Source: the human T2T-CHM13v2.0 reference genome, Homo sapiens. Taken from it: a stretch of 64,000 nt of DNA. Each line of letters starts with the position of its first letter. Position 1 is the stretch's first letter. Under the pieces are notes generated by a model that saw only the letters and a list, made by a program, of their open reading frames with translations, had not been told where the DNA came from and searched no databases. The DNA lies in the NCBI RefSeq assembly GCF_009914755.1, contig NC_060932.1; one strand, given 5' to 3'. Positions 16,437 to 28,420 of the stretch are shown in pieces. The position numbers and the translations under genes are program-made.

Positions 16437-16439
16437 TCT

Positions 16440-16685
16440 GAGATGTGCTAGAAGTGTCAAATACACATTAGATTGTGAAGACTTAATATAAAAAGAAAGC
16501 AAAGTATTTTGTTAATGTTAAAATATTTTATACTTGTAGACCTGGTATTTCGGATAGATTTGTTTAAATCTGTGATATTATTCCAATTACCTTCACTTCT
16601 TTTGTTTTACTTTTTAAAATGTGGTTACTACAAAATGCAAAAGTAAATATGTGGCTTCCATCATATTTCATTACATTTAGTGTGG
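16440..16685. mobile_element. MER33/MER3-like hAT relic
   Basis: AT-rich, recalled motif TTTAAAATGTGGTTACTACAAAAT..AAATATGTGGCT. Mirror ~42905-43150. Confidence 0.55.
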
Positions 16686-16799
16686 ACCCTGAGGATCTAG
16701 GGGAGTTATGAGCCTTAAGTTGAGGGTGACCCAGGTCAACATGAATTGCTCTGAAAGAGAAGCAAAGGGCATAAAGAGAACGTATAAATGGAGAGAGGG

Positions 16800-17577
<778 letters not shown>

Positions 17578-17721
17578 TCTTCCTTGAAGAGATGACACTT
17601 AAGGAGAGGCCTAGGGGGTGGGATGAGTTCACTATGTAGAGAAATGAGGAACAGCATTTCAGGGTGAGGAACAGCATAGTGAAGTCCCTGAGGTTGATAG
17701 GCATAGAGCAGATTTAAGGGA

Positions 17722-18082
<361 letters not shown>

Positions 18083-18262
18083 TGAGGCTGGAGAAAGAGA
18101 GGGGCTAGGTCATGGAGGGTCTCACATTAGGGTGTGGAAACTTACACGAGTGGTCCCACCTTGGGCATCCCACCTAACTACTCTGTGTCCCAGCTTCCCC
18201 ACTGGTGAGATCAAGGGCTGATGTAGGGATGGAATGAGATAGTGTGTGCTCAGTAGAGGTGA

Positions 18263-18575
<313 letters not shown>

Positions 18576-18906
18576 GAGCTTTTATCATTGTTAACCCACA
18601 CAGCAGTGGGAGCCACGGAAAGTTGAGTGATCTGTTTGGATGCACCTTCTGAAGTGATTGCTTTGGTCCCTGTGAGGAGTGCAGATTGTCACAGGGCCAG
18701 GGAAAAGCAGAGGCCAGTCTGGAGGCATTTGCAGTCAAACACCTGGAGGTGATGGTGGCTTGGTTTATGATGGTGTCAGGAGAGTGGCTGAGCAGTGAAG
18801 GATATGAGAAAGATTTAGGAGGTAAAACCCACGTGACTTGGTCACTGAATGTGGGTTGTGTGGGCTGGAGGGAAGGTAAGAAAGAATGAGAAGAAAAACA
18901 TACTCA

Positions 18907-19220
18907 AGTTTTGTAGGCTGTACAGGGAGCATGACACTGACATCTGCTGAGCTTCTGTAGAGGCCTCAGGAAACTTACAATGATGGCAGAAGCTGAAGTG
19001 GGAGCAAGAGAGTAAGGAGGGAGGTGCTACACACTCGTAAACAACCAGATATTGCAAGAACGCACTCACTATTGCAAAGACAGGACCAAAAGGATGACGC
19101 TAAATCATTCATGAGAAATCCACCCCCGTGATCCAATCTCTTCCCATCAGGCCCCACCTCTAACACTTGGGATTACATTGCAACATGAGATTTGGGAGCG
19201 GACACATATTCAACCTGTCA
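18907..19220 (-). mobile_element. MST-type MaLR LTR, truncated at the deletion junction
   Basis: GAGGCCTCAGGAAACTTACAATGATGGCAGAAG..CAACATGAGATTTGG. 18907-19171 is the reverse complement of 21218-21482. Confidence 0.85.
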
Positions 19221-19530
19221 GCTGCTTTCATTCTATGGGTGACAGAGCTCAGTATCTACTACAAGAGACTGTATGGCCCACGAAGTCTAAAATATTTACT
19301 ATCTGATGCTTTCAAGTAAAAGCTTGCAAACCCTGCTCTTGAAAAGGAAAGGAAGGGAGAGGAGAGGAGGAAGGCTGGAAGGAGCAGAGAGGAACACGGG
19401 GCTGTATTCAAACATCTGTTGTTAAGAAGGAGAAATTCAATTTATTTGGCATGGTCCAAGTTATCAAACTAGGAGCACTCCATTGAAGTTTCAGGACAAA
19501 CACTGTGCTGAATATAAGGATGACCCCATC

Positions 19531-19767
19531 TGTAATGCCTAACCTTGTTTTTATTAACTTTGTTCTTAGACTTTCCTTTTCTTTTAATCACTTAGCCTTG
19601 TTTCTACCTGAATTGACTTTCTTTTAGCTAAGAGAGCTAGACAGACTTTGTCTTGGCTTTTTCACTGGCAGCCCCTTCCTCAAGGCCATCTCTTGGCCGC
19701 CAGCTAAATAAACAGACTTAATTCATGTCAAAGTGTGGCATTTTCTCTAACTCGCTCAAGTACAACA
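19531..19767 (+). mobile_element. HERV-T/S71 5' LTR (LTR6-type) with internal ~320-bp deletion
   Basis: TGTAATGCCTAACCTTGTTTTT..CTCAAGTACAACA. Jumps from CCTCAAGG to CCATCTCTTGGCC, removing the TATA region that the copy at 20768-21216 retains. Confidence 0.85.
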
Positions 19768-19769
19768 TT

Positions 19770-19786
19770 TGGAGGCCCGAGTGAGA
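19770..19786 (+). promoter_or_regulatory. Retroviral primer-binding site (tRNA-Thr type)
   Basis: TGGAGGCCCGAGTGAGA directly after the LTR terminal CA, followed by leader sequence to 19931. Confidence 0.75.
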
Positions 19787-19931
19787 AACGCCACGAGGCA
19801 AGAGCTGGGCTCGCTCCGGGCTTCCCCAGAAGGACGGCCGGCTTGTGGGGGGGTGCCATCTGAAAAAAAATTGCAGGTCCCCGAAAGGTGACCGTCTTCC
19901 AGAGGAGAGCGGATCGACTACCGTGTGGATG

Positions 19932-20767
19932 ATTAGGACAGTTTCTTCCTTTTTTTTTTTTTCAGACAGACAAGGGGAGGGTTTCCTGTGATGGGATCAG
20001 TCAGATGCCTGCCTGGCCGCTCCCCCTGAGGGGACTTGGGCTCCTCTTAGCATTGGCAGGCAGGAATAAACTTCCGGCTCAGATCGAGCTATGCCTGATG
20101 CTGCCTTAAGCCTTATGAGGTCGCCACGGAACCGCAGGTGAGGTGAGGACCTACTTGAACTCCGTAGCTTTCGCCGTGGAGCTACAAACTGGAGGACAAG
20201 CGCGAGCCCTTGTCCTCCCTCACTCATTCATTATTCACACAGAGTATATAACAGTTTTTTTTTTCTTTCTTGGAGATTCTTCAAGAAACTCGAACAAGAG
20301 AAAGATGAGAGATAGAAAAGGAGAGAGAGAGAATGACCGGTCTGCCAGAAACCAGGACTCAGTCCTCCAGCATCCTGGGATGTGGACTGAGTCAAGGGAG
20401 GGCCCCTGTCAGGGCCACTTCCCTCCTAGAAAGAGACACAGAGGTGCCTGACAGAAAACCAGGGCTCTACCTTCTAGCGTCCTAGAGAAACAGGCAGAGT
20501 CGAAAGAGGGACACCCTCATCAGGGCCGCTTCCCTCTTACTAGAACTGAAGTCAAATCTGACCTACCTGACCTCGGGGTCAGAAGTCGAGGACTCAGAGG
20601 TGGAATTCTTATGGGCACCCACAGGGTAGTCGATCCGCTCTCCTCTGGAAGATGGTCACCTTTCGAGGACCTGAAGATTTTTTTTTAGGTGGCACCCCCC
20701 ACAAGCCGGCCGTCCTTCCGGGGGAGCCCGGCTCTCGCCTATGGCGTTTCTCGCTGGGGCCTCCCAA
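19932..20767 (-). mobile_element. HERV-T/S71 5' leader (CpG-rich); 19932-20615 is the palindrome spacer
   Basis: Follows the LTR on the minus strand, with PBS TGGGAGGCCCCAGCGAGA (20766-20749). 20616-20767 mirrors 19768-19931. Candidate splice donor CAG/GTAGGT near 20566. Confidence 0.78.
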
Positions 20768-21216
20768 TGTTGTACTTGAATGAGTTAGAGAAAATGCCAC
20801 ACTTTCGCATGAATTAAGAGTCTGCTTATTTAGCTGGTGGCCAAGAAATGGCTAACTCTTAAAGTTCTCTTGGCCCCGAAGAAGGGGCTAGATTTTCTTT
20901 TATACTTCAGTTTAGAAAGGGGAAACGGGTCTAGTTAAAAGAATTTTACAGGAGTAAAGTAGACAAAAAAGTTAAAAGGATAAATTGTTACAGGAAAGTA
21001 AACAGTTCTAGGTCTAAGGGCTTTAAGACTATTACAAAGTGATAGACGTGGGGCTTTAGGCATTATCAATCGGACAAATTCCTGGGAACTGCGGATATTG
21101 CTCGCCCCACAGTATCTTATCAGTTAATTGCATTCTTAGATGTGCTAAGAGTCAGCTTGCACAAGTTAAGTCCTTGAGGAAGGGGCTGCCAGTGAAAAAG
21201 CCAAGATAAAAGCTGT
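20768..21216 (-). mobile_element. HERV-T/S71 5' LTR (LTR6-type), first ~105 bp deleted
   Basis: Minus strand TCTTGGCTTTTTCACTGGCAGCCCCTTCCTCAAGGACTTAACTTGTGCAAG..GTATAAAAG..AAGTACAACA. TATA-like box near 20900. Confidence 0.87.
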
Positions 21217-21217
21217 C

Positions 21218-21558
21218 CCCAGTGTTAGAGGTGGGGCCTGGTGGGAAGAGATTGGATCATGGGGGTGGATTTCTCATGAATGATTTTGCATCGTCCTTTT
21301 GGTCCTGTCCTTGCAATAGTGAGTGAGTTCTTGCAAGATCGGGTTGTTTACGAGTGTGTCGCACCTCCCTCCTTACTCTCTTGCTCCCGCTTCACCTTCT
21401 GCCATCATTGTAAGTTTCCTGAGGCCTCCACAGAAGCTCAGCAGATGTCAGTGTCATGCTCCCTGTATAGCCTACAAAACTGCGAGCCAATTAAACCTCT
21501 TTTCTTTATATATTACCCAATCTCAGGTATTTCTTTATAGCATGAGAGAACAGCCAAA
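21218..21558 (+). mobile_element. MST-type MaLR LTR, 5' part deleted
   Basis: TGTTAGAGGTGGGGCCTGGTGGGAAGAGATTGGATCATGGGGG..AATTAAACCTCTTTTCTTTATA..CAGGTATTTCTTTATAGCA. Confidence 0.85.
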
Positions 21559-21718
21559 TCCAGCAGCCATAGACAATATGTAGCAAATGTGCATGGCTGT
21601 GTTTCAATAAAACTTTATTGACAAACACATGTGCAAGCAGGTCAGATTTGGCCCATGGGCCATAGTGTCCCAACGTCTGCTCTGGAATATTCTGTTCAGC
21701 CTGGATGGACATCTCTAG

Positions 21719-22148
<430 letters not shown>

Positions 22149-22999
22149 CCCTCTAGATTTTTCTTGTTTTTTTGATCATTGCTTATTTGGTTTGACTTTC
22201 ATTTTCTTCCCCATTGTGGTAGTCGTTTTCTGAATGCCTGTTAGTTTGTCCATCTCTCTCCTCTGTAGTCCCTAGAGTCAGATGAACTCCTCTGCAGGTG
22301 CAATGGTGTAACACTCTCTAGTGCTGAATTTTGAGCAGGAGAAAGAGAGCAAGAGTGACCAGTACCTTTGGAAACTCTGGCCTCCTGAGAATTTGGTGTC
22401 TCCTCTGCAAAGGTTGCATACCTGTTAACCCACAGGCAGGAGAGACAGACAAGCCAGAATCATGATCTGTTGAGCTTGAGTTTAATAACTGATGCACAGA
22501 GATCACTGAGTTTTTTGATAAGAATTAGAGTAGGAAGAAATGGCCACAGAGAACAATTTATATCTCCAGGTGAGGACTCAGGAGATAATTCTGCGAACAG
22601 AACTTCCTGAGAACTGAGATGGGGTAAATCGCTGGTATTAGAAGAGTGAAAATGTCAGTAATTAAGGCTACGACTGTGCTCTTAGAGGCAAAAGAAGAAA
22701 ATGAGACTGCCAGGCATGAATAATGAGAAATCTTTGATGGAATTAGCCATGCAGAACAGATACTAAATGCATCCTCATTCTTCTCATAGTCAAAAGTTTC
22801 TGCTTAAGCTGGATGGGAAAAAGAGAATCCCATTTCACTAAGTATAAAAGAGGGGATTTTAGAGAAGGTTTCAGAAGTAAGAGATGTGGGGGTTTGGTGA
22901 AACTCACCAGAGGCTGAACCCTCTCCTGCATAACACAGGGATTGGGAGGAGCGGGGTGGCATTAGGCCAGATGCATAGCCCAGTGCTGCTCTCTCTGGA

Positions 23000-24185
23000 C
23001 TTTCTGCTCTCTCTGGACTTGTTTGCTATCTGAGCTCATCCATTTACATAATTTTCAGTGCCATTTCTCAGCTAATGAGTCCTGAACTTTTGTCTTGAGG
23101 CTAGACTTCTCCTTCAAACAGCAGTCTTAAACACTCAACTTCTTTCCTGTTTTTTCCACTTGTCAACTCATGAACACCTCAACCTTGTTACATCCAAAGC
23201 CAAACTCATGGCTTGGAGTGGTAGGTGATGGCTGTAATCCCAGTGCTATGGGAGGCTGAGGTGGGAGGATTACTTGAGGCCAGGAGTTGGAAGCCCGCCT
23301 GGAAAACACAGTGAGGCTCCCTATCTACAAAAAAAAAAAAAAAAAAGCTAGGCATGGTGATGTGCATCTGTAGGATCTGTAGTCCTGCTACATGGCAGGC
23401 TGAGGCAGGAGGATCACTTGAGCCCAGGAGTTTGAGGCTGCAAAGAGCTATGATTGCACCAATGCACTCCAGCCTGGGTGACACAGCCAGAGACCCTGTC
23501 TTAAAAAAAAAAACCCAAAGCTAAACTCTCTTTTTCCTCCTCCTTCTCCATGGGCTCTGTCCATGCCATCTCTGTTCTGTAAATGGCACCACCCCCTGCT
23601 GAGCTGCTCAAGGTGGTCATAACTCATGTGTTGTGCTAACTCTGCTTTTGCCCTCTTCTCCAGTCAGCAAGTCCTGTGATTCTAAACTTTATCCAACTTG
23701 TCCAGTCTCTGTAGCTTCACTGTCATTATCTTTGCCTAGGACACCGCTATCTCAGCTAGGCTACAGCAGCCTCCTAACTGGTCTTAACTGGTACTCTGCA
23801 CCTGCTCTCCATGCTCAGCAATCCATTTCCTACCTGGCAACTTCAGTGATCTTAAGGTGTCCATTGAGTCTCATCCCTGCCTTTCCTGCCCATGGTACAT
23901 AGAATAAAATCGAGACCCCGAGTCTTCTGCCTGTTCCTGCCACCTCTCCAGCCCTCTCCTATCTCCTGCCCTTGGCCTACTCTATTTCAGCCGCTATGGC
24001 CTCCTTTTGTTTTCTTGGACTTTCAAACCTTTTTCCACAACACGGCCTTTGCACTTGCTGCTTCAGCCTGGAATGATTTTCCTCTGCACCTCCCCAAATT
24101 AGACCATCCTTTAGGTGTCAGCTAAAATGGTGCTTCCACAGACAGCTCTTCCCTGACCCTGCTCTTCTCCACCTTAACGTCTTAT
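23000..24185 (+). mobile_element. Degenerate L2 LINE fragments
   Basis: C/T-rich L2-like motifs CAGCAGCCTCCTAACTGGTCT and GGCCTTTGCACTTGCTG..GCCTGGAATG. Continues at 25265-25374 and 32430-32470 (GCACAGTGCCTGGCAC..CTCAATAAATA). Confidence 0.65.
23210..23512 (+). mobile_element. Alu (AluJ-type) within L2-like sequence
   Basis: Diverged dimer with long A linker. Flanked by CCAAAGCCAAACTC / CCAAAGCTAAACTC (target-site duplication). Confidence 0.9.
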
Positions 24186-24192
24186 TGTTTCT

Positions 24193-25264
24193 TGTTGTGG
24201 GAAGTCAGGGACCCCAAATGGAGAGGGACTGGCTGGAGCCATGGCAGAGGAACATAAATGGTGAAGATTTCATGGACATTTATCAGTTCCCAAATAATAC
24301 TTTTATAATTTCTTATACCTGTCTTTTATCTCTTAATTCTGTTATATTCATAAGCTAAGGATGTACATCACCTCAGGACCACTGTGATAATTGTGTTAAC
24401 TGTACAAATTGTAAAACATGTGTATTTCAACAATATGAAATCAGTGCACCTTGAAAAAGAGAATAACAGCAATTTTTAGGGAACAAAGGAAGACATCCAT
24501 AAGGTCTGCCTGCCTGCAGGGTTGGGCAAAAAGAGCCATATGTTTCTTCTTGCAGAGTCTATAAACGGATGTGCAAGTAGGAGAGATATCGCTAAATTCT
24601 TTTCCTAGCAAGGAATATTAATAGTAATACCCTGGGAAAGGAATGCATTCCTGGGGGAAGTTCTATAAATGGCCGCTCTGGGAATGTCTGTCTTATGCGG
24701 TTGAGATAAGGACTGAGATACGCCCTGGTCTCCTGCAGTACCCAAAGGCTTACTAGGGTGGAGAAAAACTCCGCCCTGATATATCTGTGGTCAGCCTGGT
24801 TCTCTGCTCTTGAACCCTGTTTTCTGTTGTTTAAGATGTTTATCAAGACAATACATGCACCGCTGAACATAGACCCTTATCAGTGGTTCTGCTTTTGCCC
24901 TTTGCTTTGTGATCTTTGCTGGACACTTATCAGTAGTTCTGCTTTTGTCCTTTGTCCTGTTCCCTCAGAAGCACGTGATCTTTGTTAGACCCTTAGTAGT
25001 AGTTCTGCTTTTTGCCCTTTGAAGCATGTGACCTTTGTACCTACTCCCTGTTCTTACACCCCCTTCCCTTTTGAAGCCCTTAATAAAAACTTGCTCATCT
25101 GAGACTCAGGGGGCATCACGGTCCTACTGATGTGTAATGTCACCCGCAGCAGCCCAGCTGTAAAATTCCTCTTTGTAGTGTCTCTCTTTATTTCTCAGCT
25201 GGCTGACACTTATGGAAAATAGAAAGAACCTACATTGAAATATTGGGGGCAGGTTCTGCCTATA
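24193..25264 (+). mobile_element. MER11-family solo LTR (HERV-K11/HML-8)
   Basis: Starts TGTTGTGGGAAGTCAGGGACCCCAAA, ends TTGGGGGCAGGTTCTGCCTATA. AATAAA at 25082. Internal repeated units 24875-25040. Confidence 0.88.
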
Positions 25265-25374
25265 CTTCTTTCATGGATTTACTTATTTTTTATTTGTCCC
25301 TCTGTATCCTAGAAACTCCTGGAGGGCAGATGCATGCCTGCCATCTTCATCGTTTCATTACCACCATCCAACAC

Positions 25375-26441
25375 TATCGGGGGACCTGCCCTGATAATCA
25401 GGTAGGTTCTTTTCTATTTTCCTAAGTGTCGAGTGGCTTGAGAAATAAAAGGACAGAGTACAAAAGAGAGAAATTGTAAAGCTGGGCGTCTGGGGGGAGA
25501 CATCACACATTGGTAGGATCCGTGATGCCCCACAAGCCACAAAAACCAGCAAGTTTTTATTAGGGAGTTTCAAAAGTGTAGAGAGTATATGAATAGGTGT
25601 GGGTGACAGACATCAAGTACTTAACAGGGTAATAGAATATCACAAGGCAAGTGGAGACAGGGTGAGATCACAGGACCACAGGACGGAAGTGAAATTAAAA
25701 TTGCTAATGAAGTTTTGGCACCATTGTCATTGATAACATCTTATCAGGAGACAGGGTTTTGAGATCAACCCGTCTGACCAAAGTTTATTAGGCGGGAATT
25801 TTCTCTTCCTAATAAGCCTGGGAGTGCTATGGGAGACTGGAGTTTATTTCACCTCTGCAATCTCGACCATAAGAGACAGGTACGCCATGGGTGGCCAGTT
25901 CCGAGACCTACCCCTAGGTGCGCATTCTCTTTCTCAGGGACGTTCAATGCTGAGAAAAGGAATTCAACGATATTTCTCCCATTTGCTTTTGAAAGAAGAG
26001 AAATATGGTGCTGTTCTGCCCGGCTCACCGGCGGTCAGAGTTTAAGGTTATCTCTCTTATTCCCTGAACAATTGCTGTTATCCTGTTCTTTTTTCAGGGT
26101 GCCCACATTTCATATTGCTCAAACACACATGCTGTACAATTTGTGTATGTAACGCAATTATTACAGGTCCTGAGACGATATACATCCTTCTCGACTGACA
26201 GGATTAAGAGATTAAAGTAAAGACAGGCATAGGAAATCACAAGGGTATTGATTGGGGAAGTGATAAGTGTCCATGAAATCTTCACAATTTATGTTTAGAG
26301 ATTGCAGTAAAGACAGGCATAAGAAATTACAAAAGTATTAATTTGGGGAACTAATAAATGTCCATAAAATCTTCATAATCCACGTTCTTCTGTCATGGCT
26401 TCAGCCGGTCCCTCCGTTTGAGGTCCTGACTTCCCGCAACA
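25375..26441 (-). mobile_element. 3' LTR (MER11)
   Basis: Minus strand TGTTGCGGGAAGTCAGG..GGCAGGTCCCCCGATA, preceded by polypurine tract ATAAAAAGAAAGGGAGAGA. Confidence 0.93.
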
Positions 26442-26460
26442 TCTCTCCCTTTCTTTTTAT

Positions 26461-28420
26461 ATAAATGTGCCATGGCGATGAAGGCTTGTTCGTTCTCTCG
26501 ATTTTGACACAGGATTATTTGACTGGTACGGCACACTAAAAGCAAGCCGATTAAGCAGAGAAACATAATTCCAAAATTTAGTACAGTGGATCCCCCAATA
26601 GACTTAATCCATAAAGATTTTCTGCCACCTGATCTAACGCCTGAGCTCCAGGCACGATGGATAAGTGAGCTTGGGAGGCTTCAAAAATTTGCTTTTTTAA
26701 TTTAGTTGTTTTCAATGATAAATTACCTTTTCTACCTAGAAGGTGTCCTTTGACCGTTTCCCATGAATGATCAGTCTCGTTATAGGAATAGGGGTGATGC
26801 AGAAATCCAAAGTATTCCAATCGCACTGCATTTGCATGCGATGTTCTAGACTCACTACCTGATCTCCAAGCCAAATAACAGACTGTCTTAAATCATTAAT
26901 TTGCTTTGCCAATTTTTGATCGATGTCTTGTTGAGAATTCCACATTTGGGTGGAATTGGCTTGCCAATCATTAACAAAATGAGCCGTTTGAATAGACTGG
27001 TGTAATTCCATTCCGGCAGTGGTGGCCATTGCAGTGACTGTAATTAGGCCCATGATAACAGCGATTAAAGTGAAAACAAATCTCTTAGATCTTTTTAGAA
27101 TTCGTTGTACCAGATCTTTTTTGAATTCGTTGTACCACTTCATTAATTAAATGTATTGAGGGGGAGAATTCCCAAGGTCGAGGTAAAGTTATCGGAATCC
27201 AGATTCTTTCTCCAGCTTGAACCAACATTACACTTTTCCTGGAGTCAAAATGGGAGTTAATACAAGTGTATAGATGACAATTGACGCACTGGACAGTTTG
27301 ATTATTCATCCAAATTTTGATATTTCCTACCAATAGCATGTAACGAGGCTCAACACAACTCTGTATGGGAACAGTCAGGTTGGAGGTAAGTGAAGCAGAA
27401 TGTCTGGGTCTACGATGATACTGAGAGAATGGGACGGTAGTGGGAACAACAGTCAAAATAGTTTTTCCTTCCCATACTCGCAGTCCAGCCATGGCAATAG
27501 CCAATTTCCAAAGTTCTGGGTGTTCTGGGCTCAGAATAGGGAGTGTCATAGGAGGCCTGGAGGGGGCGGGTAATGCCTTTATCTTCCCATTTTAAGGGAA
27601 AGAATGAGCTGATCCTTCTATGCAAAGTAGAATGATGATTCTCTTTCTCCGGATAAGAAATAAAATAAGTAGCCTCCAGGCATTCCCTTCCACAGAGGAG
27701 CAATTGTTTTTTAAATAGCCCTATGGTGCCCAGTCTATTACTAAACCATATGAGTCATTTTTTAATATTACTGCATGTGAGTTAACACAATCTTCCCAAA
27801 TTAAAGTTTTAGATGGTCCCTCAAAATGTTTAGGGCATGGTTTTCCTGCAGGTTTATATTGAAAGTATGGGGTACCTCCCATTACTCCTCCTTTCATTTG
27901 TTGTAAAGGAGAAAGGGAGAGGCCAGAGGCCAAATGTCCCATTTTATCTGTAGCTGATGTTTCTGAAAGATAAGCAGCCCAGAACTGAGTTTCTAGATGG
28001 ATGCAACCAGGTGCATGTCCGAGGCACAGAGGTGGGTATTTATAACCCATGGTAACATTAAATGCAGTGCCTTCTTCTCCTGGTTGTGCGGGGCAAGGGT
28101 CGTCTATGGCTCCAGGCATCCACACACTATCGTTAGTGTAGATTTCTGCGGGAGCATCTATCCGGGTGAGAGAGCGAATAAGTGGAGGAAAAGACACCTA
28201 AGCCCAAGAAGAATAATTATGTGTAGCAGGTAAATCAGTGTGAGAGGAAACTGGTGAGACAGAAAGTATAAGGAGGAGAATCATTAAATAAAACCTAGTG
28301 TAAGCGAGATGGAGTGCTGAAGGAGAAAGAGAAGAAGAGTGGGATGTTATTTTCAGGCTAATAGAAATGGTGAGATATTTAGGTTTGTAAGGAGAAAAAG
28401 AAAGGTAATCAGGATAAGTG
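26461..28420 (-). pseudogene. env: Disrupted betaretroviral env (SU and TM)
   Basis: IYTNDSVWMPG..FNVTMGYKYPPLCLGHAPGC; PEHPELWKL; furin site [22 protein letters not shown]; [12 protein letters not shown]. Several frameshifts. Confidence 0.9.

Noticed and set aside
26210-26390. Repeated ~90-bp units in MER11 LTRs (also ~32200-32375) and short repeats at 24875-25040
   Set aside because: Internal LTR repeats present in both LTRs. Not a CRISPR-like array: no constant repeat with unique spacers, and the context is eukaryotic.
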